The position numbers and the translations under genes are program-made. From contig JBBFKW010000002.1 of the NCBI GenBank assembly GCA_037481835.1, positions 128,001 to 192,000 of the forward strand: DNA of 64,000 bases, given 5' to 3'. This DNA comes from Desulfosoma sp. Lineage in GTDB: Bacteria > Desulfobacterota > Syntrophobacteria > Syntrophobacterales > DSM-9756. The notes under the pieces were generated by a model that worked only from the letters and a program-made list of their open reading frames with translations, did not search any database and had not been told where the DNA came from. This document shows, piece after piece, positions 38,115 to 46,738 of this stretch (its first letter is position 1; each line of letters opens with the position of its first letter).

Positions 38115-38861
38115 ATGCTGATCGTTCGCAATCTTCGGGCTGGCTACGGCCGCATCGAGGCGCTCCACGGGGTGAGTCTTTCCGTGAGGCACGGGGAAAT
38201 CGTGGCCATCGTGGGGGCCAACGGGGCGGGAAAGAGCACCCTGTTGCGGGCCGTTGCGGGGTTGATCGTGCCGTGGCAGGGAGAGGTTCTCTTTGAGGAG
38301 CGGTCCCTTGCGGGGACGAAACCGCCGGCGATCGTCGCCGCGGGAATCGGCTTGGTCCCGGAAGGGCGCTGGTTGTTCCCCCCCATGAGCGTCCTGGACA
38401 ATCTCCGCCTGGGGGCTTACTTGAGGCTGCGCCGCGGCGAAAAAGAGGCCGTGCGGGAGGACTTGGAGCGCGTCTTTGAGCTCTTTCCCATTCTCGCCGA
38501 ACGCCGAAAACAGCCGGCGGGGTCCCTTTCCGGCGGCGAGCAGCAGATGCTGGCCATTGCCCGAGCCCTTATGAGCCGCCCCAAGATGCTTCTGCTCGAC
38601 GAACCGTCCACGGGCCTAGCCCCGCTCCTCGTGGAAAAGATCTTTGAAACCATCGTCCAGCTCAACGGGGAAGGGATCACCTTCCTCCTCGTAGAACAGA
38701 ACGCCCGGGCGGCTTTGGCCGTGGCGAGCCGCGGTTACGTCCTGGAAACCGGCCGGATGGTCCTCCAGGGAAAGGCGGGGGACCTCCTCGAGGATCAAGA
38801 AGTGAAGCGAGCCTACCTGGGTAAGGACTATCGTGAGTTTGCGGAAGGGAGGGCCCGATGA
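38115..38861 (+). CDS. Liv-type ABC transporter ATPase (LivF-like)
   Basis: GANGAGKS, VPEGR, LSGGEQQM, LDEPS. Confidence 0.92.
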   Translation: MLIVRNLRAGYGRIEALHGVSLSVRHGEIVAIVGANGAGKSTLLRAVAGLIVPWQGEVLFEERSLAGTKPPAIVAAGIGLVPEGRWLFPPMSVLDNLRLGAYLRLRRGEKEAVREDLERVFELFPILAERRKQPAGSLSGGEQQMLAIARALMSRPKMLLLDEPSTGLAPLLVEKIFETIVQLNGEGITFLLVEQNARAALAVASRGYVLETGRMVLQGKAGDLLEDQEVKRAYLGKDYREFAEGRAR

Positions 38862-40132
38862 GCGATGCAGGAAACGGCAACGGGGAATGGCTGCCGCCGG
38901 CGGAACGGCGCCAGCAACAGCTGGAGCGGCTCCAGATTGTGTGCAATCGCGCGTACAAGAACGTGCCGTTTTACCGGAATCGGTTTCAGGCGGCGGCCCT
39001 TTCCCCTCAGGACATCGGCAGCCTGGAAGACGTTCGGCGCCTGCCTTTTACGGAACGCCGCCACTTCGGCGAACATTACCCCTACGGGCTTTTTGCCGTG
39101 CCGTTACGGGACATCGTGCGCATCCACACGGCGCCGGGCATCGGCGGCAGTCTGGCGGTGAGCGGCTACACGGCCCGGGACCTGAAGATGTGGAAGGAGA
39201 TGGTTGCTCGAGCCCTGAGGGCGGCCGGGGTCTCAGTGGACGATATCCTCCAAATCGTCCTCCATCCCGGGTTGGCCAACTGGGGCCGGGATTACAAGGA
39301 CGGCGCCGAGGCGCTTCAGGCGGGCGTCATCCCCCTGAATGCCCTGCACCTGAGCAAACAGATCATGGTTCTGCGGGACTACAAGACCTCCGTGCTCATC
39401 ACCACGCCGACTTCGGCCGTCCAAATCCAGGAACTCTTGTTTTCCTCGGACATCAATCCCAACGAACTTTCTCTGAAGACCCTGATTCTCGTCGGGGAGC
39501 CGGCGTCACAGGAGCTGCGCCGCAGGATCGAGGAGCAGCTGCACGTGCGCACATGGCAGCATTACGGGTTGAGCGAGGTGCCCGGGCCGGCGGTGGCCTA
39601 TGAGTGCGAAGGGCACGATGGGCTTCATGTGTCCGAAGACCATTTCCTCGTGGAGGTGCTGGATCCGATAACCCTTGAGCCCGTACCCGAGGGAGAAAGC
39701 GGCGAATTGGTCCTCACGAGTCTCACCATCCAGGCATTCCCTCTCATTCGGTTCCGCACCGGAGACCGGGTGAGGGTCCTTGCCGAGGGCTGCCCGTGCG
39801 GGAGGACCCTGAGGCGGCTGGAGTGGCTTCCCGACCGGGTGGACGACCTCCTTGTCATTCAGGGGGTGAAGATTGACAAGGACCAGGTTGCCGTTCGAGT
39901 GGCCCAGACGCTCGGGTTTGCTCCCCGGAAGCTCTCGGTGCACCTTGTCCGGCAAGGCGGCTACAAGGCTCTGGAAGTGCAGTTGGGCATGGAAGAAAAC
40001 CTCTTCAGCGACGAGATCAAGGAATTGGAGCGGCTCGTTCGAAAGACGGCCTTCGAGCTCCGGCAGGAATTCGGCGTTCCGGTGGAAGTGCGCCTCCTGG
40101 AGGGCCCCAGCGTGGAGGCGGCTTTCCCATGA
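38858..40132 (+). CDS. Phenylacetate-CoA ligase paralogue with degenerate catalytic motifs
   Basis: Colinear with paaK (YPYGLFAVP, YGLSE, RFRTGD, FSDEIK), but the P-loop reads TAPGIGGS and the C-terminal GKAxR is missing. Confidence 0.85.
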   Translation: MSDAGNGNGEWLPPAERRQQQLERLQIVCNRAYKNVPFYRNRFQAAALSPQDIGSLEDVRRLPFTERRHFGEHYPYGLFAVPLRDIVRIHTAPGIGGSLAVSGYTARDLKMWKEMVARALRAAGVSVDDILQIVLHPGLANWGRDYKDGAEALQAGVIPLNALHLSKQIMVLRDYKTSVLITTPTSAVQIQELLFSSDINPNELSLKTLILVGEPASQELRRRIEEQLHVRTWQHYGLSEVPGPAVAYECEGHDGLHVSEDHFLVEVLDPITLEPVPEGESGELVLTSLTIQAFPLIRFRTGDRVRVLAEGCPCGRTLRRLEWLPDRVDDLLVIQGVKIDKDQVAVRVAQTLGFAPRKLSVHLVRQGGYKALEVQLGMEENLFSDEIKELERLVRKTAFELRQEFGVPVEVRLLEGPSVEAAFP

Positions 40133-40166
40133 TTTTCCTCGGTCGGGGTCAATCCCAGGGCCACTC

Positions 40167-40197
40167 GAAGGTTGGGGTGAGCGCAGCGAACCCCGAT
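40167..40197 (+). repeat. REP-like palindrome, family A
   Basis: GAAG-GTTGGGGTGAGCGCAGCGAACCCCGAT. Confidence 0.75.
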
Positions 40198-40297
40198 ACC
40201 TGCACAAACAGCGCAGGACGAGCGCCCATGGAAGTTGGTGTCCCTATGCATGATCACAAAAGCCGGCATTTTTGCAAACCATGGAGGACAGCGGTCT

Positions 40298-41212
40298 ATG
40301 GATGTTTTGGTCGTAGGAACGGGCGCCATCGGCGGCTACTACGGAGGCCGGCTGGCTCAAGCTGGGGCGAGGGTCTCCGTGGTGGCCCGTTCGGACTACG
40401 AGGTCGTGGCTGAAGACGGGATTCGCATTGAAAGCCCGGCGGGCGATTTCCATTTTCGTCCCGATCGGGTGGTTCGAACCGCCGCGGCTTTCGGCGACTT
40501 TCCCGATGTGATTCTTGTGGGCCTGAAGGTTTTGGAAGAAATCCGCACGCCGGATCTGATTCGGGATGCCGTGGGGCCCAAGACCGCCGTCCTTCTCATC
40601 CAAAACGGGGTGGATATTGAACCTGCGGTGGCCGACGCCTTTCCCAACAATGAGATCCTGAGCGGGCTGGCGTTTATCTGCGTGCACCGCACGGCGCCGG
40701 GGAAAGTGCTGCACCAGGACTACGGCCGCCTGGTTCTCGGCCGGTACCCCGGCGGCCCCTCGGAGACAGCCCACAGGCTTGCCGAAATTTTTCGCCGGGC
40801 CGGGGTGCCGTGCGAAGTCACCGAAGACGTGGTCACGGCCCGATGGCAGAAACTGGTCTGGAACGCGCCCTTCAATCCCATGTCCGTGCTGTGCGGGGGG
40901 GCGAGCACCCAAGATATGCTCGCTCATGAAGAGACGACCCGCCTTGTGCGCGCGGTCATGGAAGAGGTGTGCGCCGTGGCGGCGGCGACGGGACATGCCC
41001 TTCCTCCGGACGTGGTGGATCGCATGATCTCCGACACGCGAAAGATGACCCCTTACAAGACAAGCATGCTCTTGGACTTCGAGGCGGGCCGCCCCATGGA
41101 AGTGGAAGCCATCGTGGGCAACGCCGTGCGCATCGCTCGGAGCCTTCACGTTCCGGTTCCCCACATGGAAACCCTGTATGCGCTTTTGAGCGGCTTGAAG
41201 GAACGGGCCTGA
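40298..41212 (+). CDS. panE: 2-dehydropantoate 2-reductase
   Basis: VVGTGAIGGYYG, QNG, WQKLVWN, YKTSM..D...GRPMEVE; RBS GGAGG. Confidence 0.9.
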   Translation: MDVLVVGTGAIGGYYGGRLAQAGARVSVVARSDYEVVAEDGIRIESPAGDFHFRPDRVVRTAAAFGDFPDVILVGLKVLEEIRTPDLIRDAVGPKTAVLLIQNGVDIEPAVADAFPNNEILSGLAFICVHRTAPGKVLHQDYGRLVLGRYPGGPSETAHRLAEIFRRAGVPCEVTEDVVTARWQKLVWNAPFNPMSVLCGGASTQDMLAHEETTRLVRAVMEEVCAVAAATGHALPPDVVDRMISDTRKMTPYKTSMLLDFEAGRPMEVEAIVGNAVRIARSLHVPVPHMETLYALLSGLKERA

Positions 41213-41297
41213 GAAAGGAGGCGATGGGGGGCTTGGAGGTCGGTGAGGCCTCTTGTCCGCTGGACGGGTTGAAATGCAGGGTCCGATGGGAAAGAAA

Positions 41298-41396
41298 TGG
41301 CGGAAGTGCATGGGAATCGAACCCACCTGGGACGCCCCTCAGCGCCCCACACCGGATTTGAAGTCCGGGAGCCCCACCAGTGAGCTTGGCACTTCC
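41298..41396 (-). tRNA. selC: tRNA-Sec(TCA)
   Basis: 8-bp acceptor GGAAGTGC/GCACTTCC, anticodon arm CCGGA-CT-TCA-AA-TCCGG, long variable arm, GTTCGATTC, GCCA end. Confidence 0.96.
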
Positions 41397-41462
41397 GGGG
41401 GCTTTTTTACTTCAGAGGATGCGCTTTGGCAAGCCCTTGTGCGGGATGATGGGGAAAGAAGA

Positions 41463-41557
41463 GTGTTGGGGTTCGCTGCGCTCACCCCAACCTCCATCTC
41501 GCCGCACCATATGCTCGAACAAACGCGTAGGTTGGGGTGAGCGAAGCAAACCCCAAC
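41463..41557. repeat. Inverted pair of REP-like palindromes (family A)
   Basis: 41463-41495 (minus; GGAG foot) and 41527-41557 (plus; GTAG-GTTGGGGTGAGCGAAGCAAACCCCAAC). Confidence 0.8.
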
Positions 41558-41668
41558 GGACATTTGGTGCGCCATATTTCGTGCGAGACATTTGGGCGCT
41601 GCACTCGACCTGCGTTTTGCTCCCCCGAACCGACGTAGACACAACGGGGGAAACGCGGGAAACGCTCC

Positions 41669-41793
41669 TAGAGCTTGTCCGATAATAAAAAATGGCGATG
41701 TTTTTCCTGGGAGTGCGGGCGTCTCGCCCGCCTATGGGGCGGCCGAGATTCCCGCGCTCTTCGGGACAAAGCCGTTCTCGGACAAGCTGTTAG
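41669..41793. mobile_element. MITE-like element (~125 bp) with internal GGAG-foot hairpin
   Basis: Inverted ends AGCTTGTCCGA (41672-41682) / TCGGACAAGCT (41778-41788) with TAG-containing flanks; internal GGAG-T-GCGGGCG-TCT-CGCCCGC. Confidence 0.5.
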
Positions 41794-42965
41794 CGGCCTT
41801 TTTTCTTCTTCGGGGGCTGGACGCGGATGAGTTCGTAGTCCCGGAAGCCCAGTCCCAAGGATTCCGCATACTCCAGCTGGTGTTCCCACGGGATGTTGGG
41901 GTAGACGGCGCGGATCTTGTCCGTCGGTGCCGGGTTCATGGACCCGAGCCGGCTGCCGGCCAAAACAGGCTGGGCGTTCATGAGATCCACCGAAGCCTGG
42001 TCAATGGCTACGGGGTCCGCCGAGGCCATGATGCCCAGGTCCGCCACAATGGGGGCGTCCGCCGAGGCGTGGCAGTCGCACGCCGGGGAAATCTGGGTCA
42101 AGAAGTTGATGAAGAAGCTTTTGTCCTGCTTTCCGTAAAGAGCCCCCACCGTGTACTCGACCATGCGCTCCATGAACCCCGCGATGTCGTTATCCCAATT
42201 GATGTCGATGGCTTCTTCCGGGCAGGCGTGGATACAGGAGCCGCATCCCACGCACTTGGCGGGGTCGATGCGGGCGATCTTCTTGATGGAATCTTTGGGC
42301 CGCGCCATGCCTTCCGGCCGATCGGCCAAGGAAAGGGCGTCGTGGGCGCACACCTTGAGGCAGGTCCCGCAGGCGATGCACTTTTTGGGCCGAATCCTGG
42401 GTTCCATGACGCTGTGCTGCTGCAGCTTGCCGCGCCGGGAAGCCGCGCCCATGCCCACGTTCTTCATGGCCCCGCCGAACCCGGCCAGTTCGTGCAGCTT
42501 GAAATGGGCGACCGACACCAGGGCCTCGGCCCGGGCGACGGCCGACGCGATGTAGGTATCTTGACACCGCTTGAGGCACACCGGCACGGCCACTTCATCC
42601 CGGCCGTCCAGACCGTCGGCGATGATGAGGGGGGCCCCCACCACTTCCAGGACAAAGCCGTTGCGCACGGCCGTGAGCAGATGATCCACGGCGTTGCCCC
42701 GCGTGCCCACGTAGAGCGTCCCCGCATCCGTGAGAAAAGGGCGCCCTCCGGCTTGTGCGATGGCGTCGATGATGGGGCGCACGAGAAGCGGCCGGACGAA
42801 AGCCGTGTTTCCCCGTTCGCCGAAATGGATTTTTACGGCCGTCAAAGCCTTCTTGGGGATGCGGCTTGCCAATCCGGCTTCCTTCAGGAGCAGGTGGATC
42901 TTGTCCAAAAGATTCCACGTGTCGTCGGCTCGAAGATCGATGAAATAAACGGCGCTTCGCGGCAT
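41790..42965 (-). CDS. DUF362-family Fe-S protein with 2x[4Fe-4S] ferredoxin insert
   Basis: AVKIHFGERGN, HFKLH..AGFGGAMKNVGMG, two CxxCxxCxxxC, SPACDC, DPVAIDQA. Confidence 0.88.
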   Translation of the reverse strand: MPRSAVYFIDLRADDTWNLLDKIHLLLKEAGLASRIPKKALTAVKIHFGERGNTAFVRPLLVRPIIDAIAQAGGRPFLTDAGTLYVGTRGNAVDHLLTAVRNGFVLEVVGAPLIIADGLDGRDEVAVPVCLKRCQDTYIASAVARAEALVSVAHFKLHELAGFGGAMKNVGMGAASRRGKLQQHSVMEPRIRPKKCIACGTCLKVCAHDALSLADRPEGMARPKDSIKKIARIDPAKCVGCGSCIHACPEEAIDINWDNDIAGFMERMVEYTVGALYGKQDKSFFINFLTQISPACDCHASADAPIVADLGIMASADPVAIDQASVDLMNAQPVLAGSRLGSMNPAPTDKIRAVYPNIPWEHQLEYAESLGLGFRDYELIRVQPPKKKKGR

Positions 42966-42980
42966 GTGTTTCCTCTCTTT

Positions 42981-43655
42981 TTACCAGGACAACAAAACGG
43001 CCAAAATACCCGTCAGAAAAATTCCGTCAAAAGTGCCCGCCCCGCCGATGGAAGCCACCGGAGCCTTGAGTTCCCGGATGCGGTTAAGGTTCAGAAGGTC
43101 CGCGCCGATGAGCGTCCCCAGCGTTCCGGCCACATAGGCCGTCGGGGGCGCCCAGTGGGGATTGAGCACAAGCGCGGCCAAGGCGGCCACCAGGGGCGGG
43201 ATGAACATGGGTGTGGCGATCCCCAAGCCGGGAATGGGGCGGGCGATGCGGTGGATCACGGTGGTCACGACCCCGGTGGCGAGCAGCATGCGGATGGGGT
43301 GTTCCGCGTGCATCAACAGGTAGAGGGAAATGAGCGTGGGGATGACGGCGCCGCCCACGTTGACCGCCAGAACCATTTCCCGGGGACGTCGCCACTGGGG
43401 CGGGCGATACCGCATGCCGAAAAACGAAATCAGGGTCAACGGAGGCGGTTCGTCCTCCAGCCGGATGCGTTTCACGGGAATGTTGATCATGCTCCCGATG
43501 ATGCACAGAAAGAGCAAGGAAAACAGCTGCTCCGGCGGGATGCCCAGACGGGCGAAGGCCACGGCGAAAAGGCCGAACTTGACGAGCCCGAAGACCAGAA
43601 ACAGGAGAAAGACGAAGAGGAAAAAGAAAATCACGAGAAACGGCGGGAAAAACAT
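42981..43655 (-). CDS. DUF1614-family membrane protein
   Basis: GSMINIP, AVNVGGAVIP, GTLIGADL, SIGGAGTFDGIF. Confidence 0.88.
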   Translation of the reverse strand: MFFPPFLVIFFFLFVFLLFLVFGLVKFGLFAVAFARLGIPPEQLFSLLFLCIIGSMINIPVKRIRLEDEPPPLTLISFFGMRYRPPQWRRPREMVLAVNVGGAVIPTLISLYLLMHAEHPIRMLLATGVVTTVIHRIARPIPGLGIATPMFIPPLVAALAALVLNPHWAPPTAYVAGTLGTLIGADLLNLNRIRELKAPVASIGGAGTFDGIFLTGILAVLLSW

Positions 43656-43666
43656 GACGCATCCTT

Positions 43667-45271
43667 TCAGGCCATGACGGAGCGCACTGCGGGATCCACC
43701 TGTCCCCTGTAATCCGCAAAGTTTTTCCTGAACAGTCCCTTGAGGTGTTCCGCCTGGCTGCGGTAGGCCTCCTTGTCCTGCCAGGTGGCCGACGGGCTCA
43801 GCACTTCCGGGGGCACCCCGGGGCACATCCGCGGCACGAGCAACCCGAAATAGGGCTCCTTTTCAAAATCCACCGTATCCAGAGCGCCGCTCAAAGCCGC
43901 TTGGACCATGGCCCGCGTATACCCGATGGGAATGCGCCGCCCGACGCCGTACGGACCCCCGGACCAGCCCGTATTGATGAGCCAGCATCGAGCCCCGTGA
44001 GCCTCCATGCGTCGGCGGAGCAGTTCGGCGTAGACGGTCGGGGGAAGGGCCATGAAGGGCGCCCCGAAACACGTGCTGAACGTCGCCTGGGGTTCCGTGA
44101 TGCCGGCTTCGGTTCCGGCCACTTTGGCCGTGTAGCCGGAAAGGAAATGGAACATGGCTTCATGAGGCGTCAGGCGCGCAATGGGCGGCAAGACGCCGAA
44201 GGCGTCACAGGTCAGCATGACGATGTCCGTGGGGTGGGGGGCCATGCCGTCCGGGGACGCATTGTCTATGAAAGACAGGGGATAGGCGGCCCGGGTGTTT
44301 TCCGTGAGCGAATCGTCGTTGAGATCGATTTCGCGGCTCTGTGTGTCGATGGCCACATTCTCCAGAACCGTGCCGAATCGCCGGGTGCACTGGAAGATCT
44401 GAGGCTCGGCTTCCGGGGAAAGACGAATGACCTTGGCGTAACAGCCGCCCTCGAAATTGAAAATGCCGTGGTCGCTCCAGCCGTGTTCGTCGTCCCCTAC
44501 CAGGGTTCTCGAGGGGTCGGCGGAAAGGCTGGTCTTCCCGGTTCCGGAAAGGCCGAAAAAGATGGCCGCGCGACCGTCCGGTCCCACATTGGCCGAACAG
44601 TGCATGGGGAAAACGCCTTTTTGCGGCAAGATGAAGTTCATCATGGTAAAGACGGATTTCTTGATTTCACCGCCGTAGCCCGTCCCGCCGATGAGGATGC
44701 GCTTCTTGCCGAAATGCTCGATGATGAAGGCGCCGGAACGGGTGTGGTCCCACTCGGGGGACGCCCGGAAATGAGGCGCGGCGATCAGGGTGTATTCCGG
44801 CTGGAATTCGGCCAGCTCCCGGCGGTCCCGGATCCGAATGAACATGTTGCGGGCGAAAAGACTCTGCCAGGCCATTTCCGTAATGATCCGAACCGGCACG
44901 CGGTATTTGGGGTCGGCCCCCACATAACAATCCTGGACGTAGATTTCCCGGCCCTGCAGGTAGGCGAGAAGCCGCGCCTCCAGCTTGTCGAAATCTCCCG
45001 GGTCGAAGGCCCGGTTCACCGGTCCCCACCAAATCTTGTTTTCACAGGACGGTTCCCGCACAAGGAACTTATCTTGGGGAGCCCGGCCCGTGTAGGCGCC
45101 CGTGCGCACGACCAGAGGACCGCTTCGAGCGAGAAGGCCTTCCTGCCGTTTGATGGCCTGCTCGTAAAGGACGGGCGCCGGGGCGTTGTAAAAGACCCGC
45201 GTGTAGTTCACGATGCCTTGTGCATCCACCGGGACCTTTCTTCCATCAGTCGGTTTGTCACACGTCTCCAT
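43667..45271 (-). CDS. pckA: Phosphoenolpyruvate carboxykinase (ATP)
   Basis: TGRAPQDK, YGGEIKK, MHCSAN, GLSGTGKT, GDDEHGW, NFEGGCYAK. Confidence 0.97.
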   Translation of the reverse strand: METCDKPTDGRKVPVDAQGIVNYTRVFYNAPAPVLYEQAIKRQEGLLARSGPLVVRTGAYTGRAPQDKFLVREPSCENKIWWGPVNRAFDPGDFDKLEARLLAYLQGREIYVQDCYVGADPKYRVPVRIITEMAWQSLFARNMFIRIRDRRELAEFQPEYTLIAAPHFRASPEWDHTRSGAFIIEHFGKKRILIGGTGYGGEIKKSVFTMMNFILPQKGVFPMHCSANVGPDGRAAIFFGLSGTGKTSLSADPSRTLVGDDEHGWSDHGIFNFEGGCYAKVIRLSPEAEPQIFQCTRRFGTVLENVAIDTQSREIDLNDDSLTENTRAAYPLSFIDNASPDGMAPHPTDIVMLTCDAFGVLPPIARLTPHEAMFHFLSGYTAKVAGTEAGITEPQATFSTCFGAPFMALPPTVYAELLRRRMEAHGARCWLINTGWSGGPYGVGRRIPIGYTRAMVQAALSGALDTVDFEKEPYFGLLVPRMCPGVPPEVLSPSATWQDKEAYRSQAEHLKGLFRKNFADYRGQVDPAVRSVMA

Positions 45272-45312
45272 GACCTTCCCCCAGATTGTCAAAACAATTG
45301 ATTTGCAGGTTT

Positions 45313-45894
45313 TCAGCGCACAGCGCAGTCCCCGGCTGCGGTGTCGAAGAGGCCTCTTACGGCATCAAAAAAAGTGTTGTATACAGGAACACCCGGGGGT
45401 GCCTCCACGGCGTCTGGAGTGCGCCGTAGGAGCACGGGGAGGCATCCGGCGCTTTCAGCGGCGGCCACATCCGTGAGCTTATCCCCCACAAAGGGCGTTT
45501 GGGCAAGGGGCAGGCCGTAGAGGGAAGCCGCGGCCAGAATCATTCCTGGAGCCGGTTTTCGACACAAACATCCTTCATCGGGCCGATGGGGGCAGTAAAA
45601 AGCGGCGTCGATTCGGCCGCCGAAGGCGCCGATTTCACGGATCATGTAACCATGAATGTCGAAAAAGGCGTCCCACGGCATGAGGCCTCGGTGCAAGGCC
45701 GACTGGTTGCTGACGACGATGACTTGGACTCCGCGGGCGTGCACCCAACGCAGCGCCTCCAAGGCGTCGGGATAAAAAATGAACTCGTTTCGGTTTTTCA
45801 CGTAATCGGAACGATCTTGATTGATGACCCCGTCTCGATCCACCAAGAGAAATCCATGGGAAGAAGGACGCCTGGGGGAAATCCAGCAGATCAC
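45313..45894 (-). CDS. gmhB: D,D-heptose 1,7-bisphosphate phosphatase (HAD IIIA); start uncertain
   Basis: DRDGVIN, SNQS, CPH..C.CRKPAPGM, VGDK. Confidence 0.85.
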   Translation of the reverse strand: MICWISPRRPSSHGFLLVDRDGVINQDRSDYVKNRNEFIFYPDALEALRWVHARGVQVIVVSNQSALHRGLMPWDAFFDIHGYMIREIGAFGGRIDAAFYCPHRPDEGCLCRKPAPGMILAAASLYGLPLAQTPFVGDKLTDVAAAESAGCLPVLLRRTPDAVEAPPGVPVYNTFFDAVRGLFDTAAGDCAVR

Positions 45895-46027
45895 GCCGTG
45901 GGCTCCTGTGGCGGGGGCCGTTCGCGTCTTGACAGACGATGTTCGGCGGAAAACAATGGGTGTCCGAAAAAAAAACCTGCACCGCCGCCACTGCTCGTAA
46001 CAGGAAATCCCCGTGAACGCAAGATCC

Positions 46028-46738
46028 ATGAGATCCCTCCAAAACATCCTGGCCTATCGATTTCGAAACCTCCACGTGCTTCGGCAGGCCTTGATCCATC
46101 GGTCCTACTCCCACGAAAACCCCAGAGAAAGGCGCGGTGACAATGAACGGTTGGAATTCCTCGGCGATGTGGTCCTGAGCCTTACCATTTCCCACATGCT
46201 CTTGGAAAAGTTTCCCGATGCGGACGAAGGCACCCTGTCGCGCATGCGGGCGTCCTTGGTCAACGAAGAGCAGCTCGCCCGGATCGCCGGAAACCTGGGT
46301 CTGGGCGAATTGCTCCTTCTCGGCAAAGGGGAGGAACTTTCCGGGGGCCGCACGAAGCCGTCCATTCTGGCCGACGCCGTGGAAGCACTCCTCGGGGCCG
46401 TCTATTGGGACGGCGGGCTGGAGCCGGCCCTGGCGATTGTGCGGCGGTTTTTTCAGGCCAAACTGGCGCAGGCCGAAACAGACGAGGACCCTCTGCGCCG
46501 TCTGGACAAGGACTTCAAAACCCAGTTACAGGAAGTCTCACAGGCTCGGATGCGTCTCGTGCCCCAGTACGAGGTGGAGCGGGAAGAAGGGCCCGACCAC
46601 GACAAGACCTTTTACATTGCGGTGAGCCTTGCCGGTCGGGTCATCGCCCGAGGGGCGGGCAAGAGCAAGAAAGCCGCCGAACAGGCCGCGGCCCGGGAAG
46701 CCCTGGCCCTTCTCGAAAGCGATCAAGGAAAACCATGA
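46028..46738 (+). CDS. rnc: Ribonuclease III
   Basis: ALIHRSY, NERLEFLGD, ADAVEA, dsRBD DFKTQLQE..GKSKKAAEQ. Confidence 0.97.
   Translation: MRSLQNILAYRFRNLHVLRQALIHRSYSHENPRERRGDNERLEFLGDVVLSLTISHMLLEKFPDADEGTLSRMRASLVNEEQLARIAGNLGLGELLLLGKGEELSGGRTKPSILADAVEALLGAVYWDGGLEPALAIVRRFFQAKLAQAETDEDPLRRLDKDFKTQLQEVSQARMRLVPQYEVEREEGPDHDKTFYIAVSLAGRVIARGAGKSKKAAEQAAAREALALLESDQGKP

Noticed and set aside
41212..41400. Genomic island integrated at selC or another tRNA
   Set aside because: No integrase or duplicated tRNA 3' end; the similarity between the two tRNA-Pro genes reflects two full-length isoacceptors
41463..41557. CRISPR array
   Set aside because: The repeats are inverted and dispersed, not regularly spaced direct repeats; no cas genes
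46405..46734. N-terminal extensions of track ORFs (kinase from 46405, hdrC from 15310, flxA from 9095, DUF1614 from 43826)
   Set aside because: They overlap confident upstream genes; downstream starts with RBS or coupling fit the domain boundaries better
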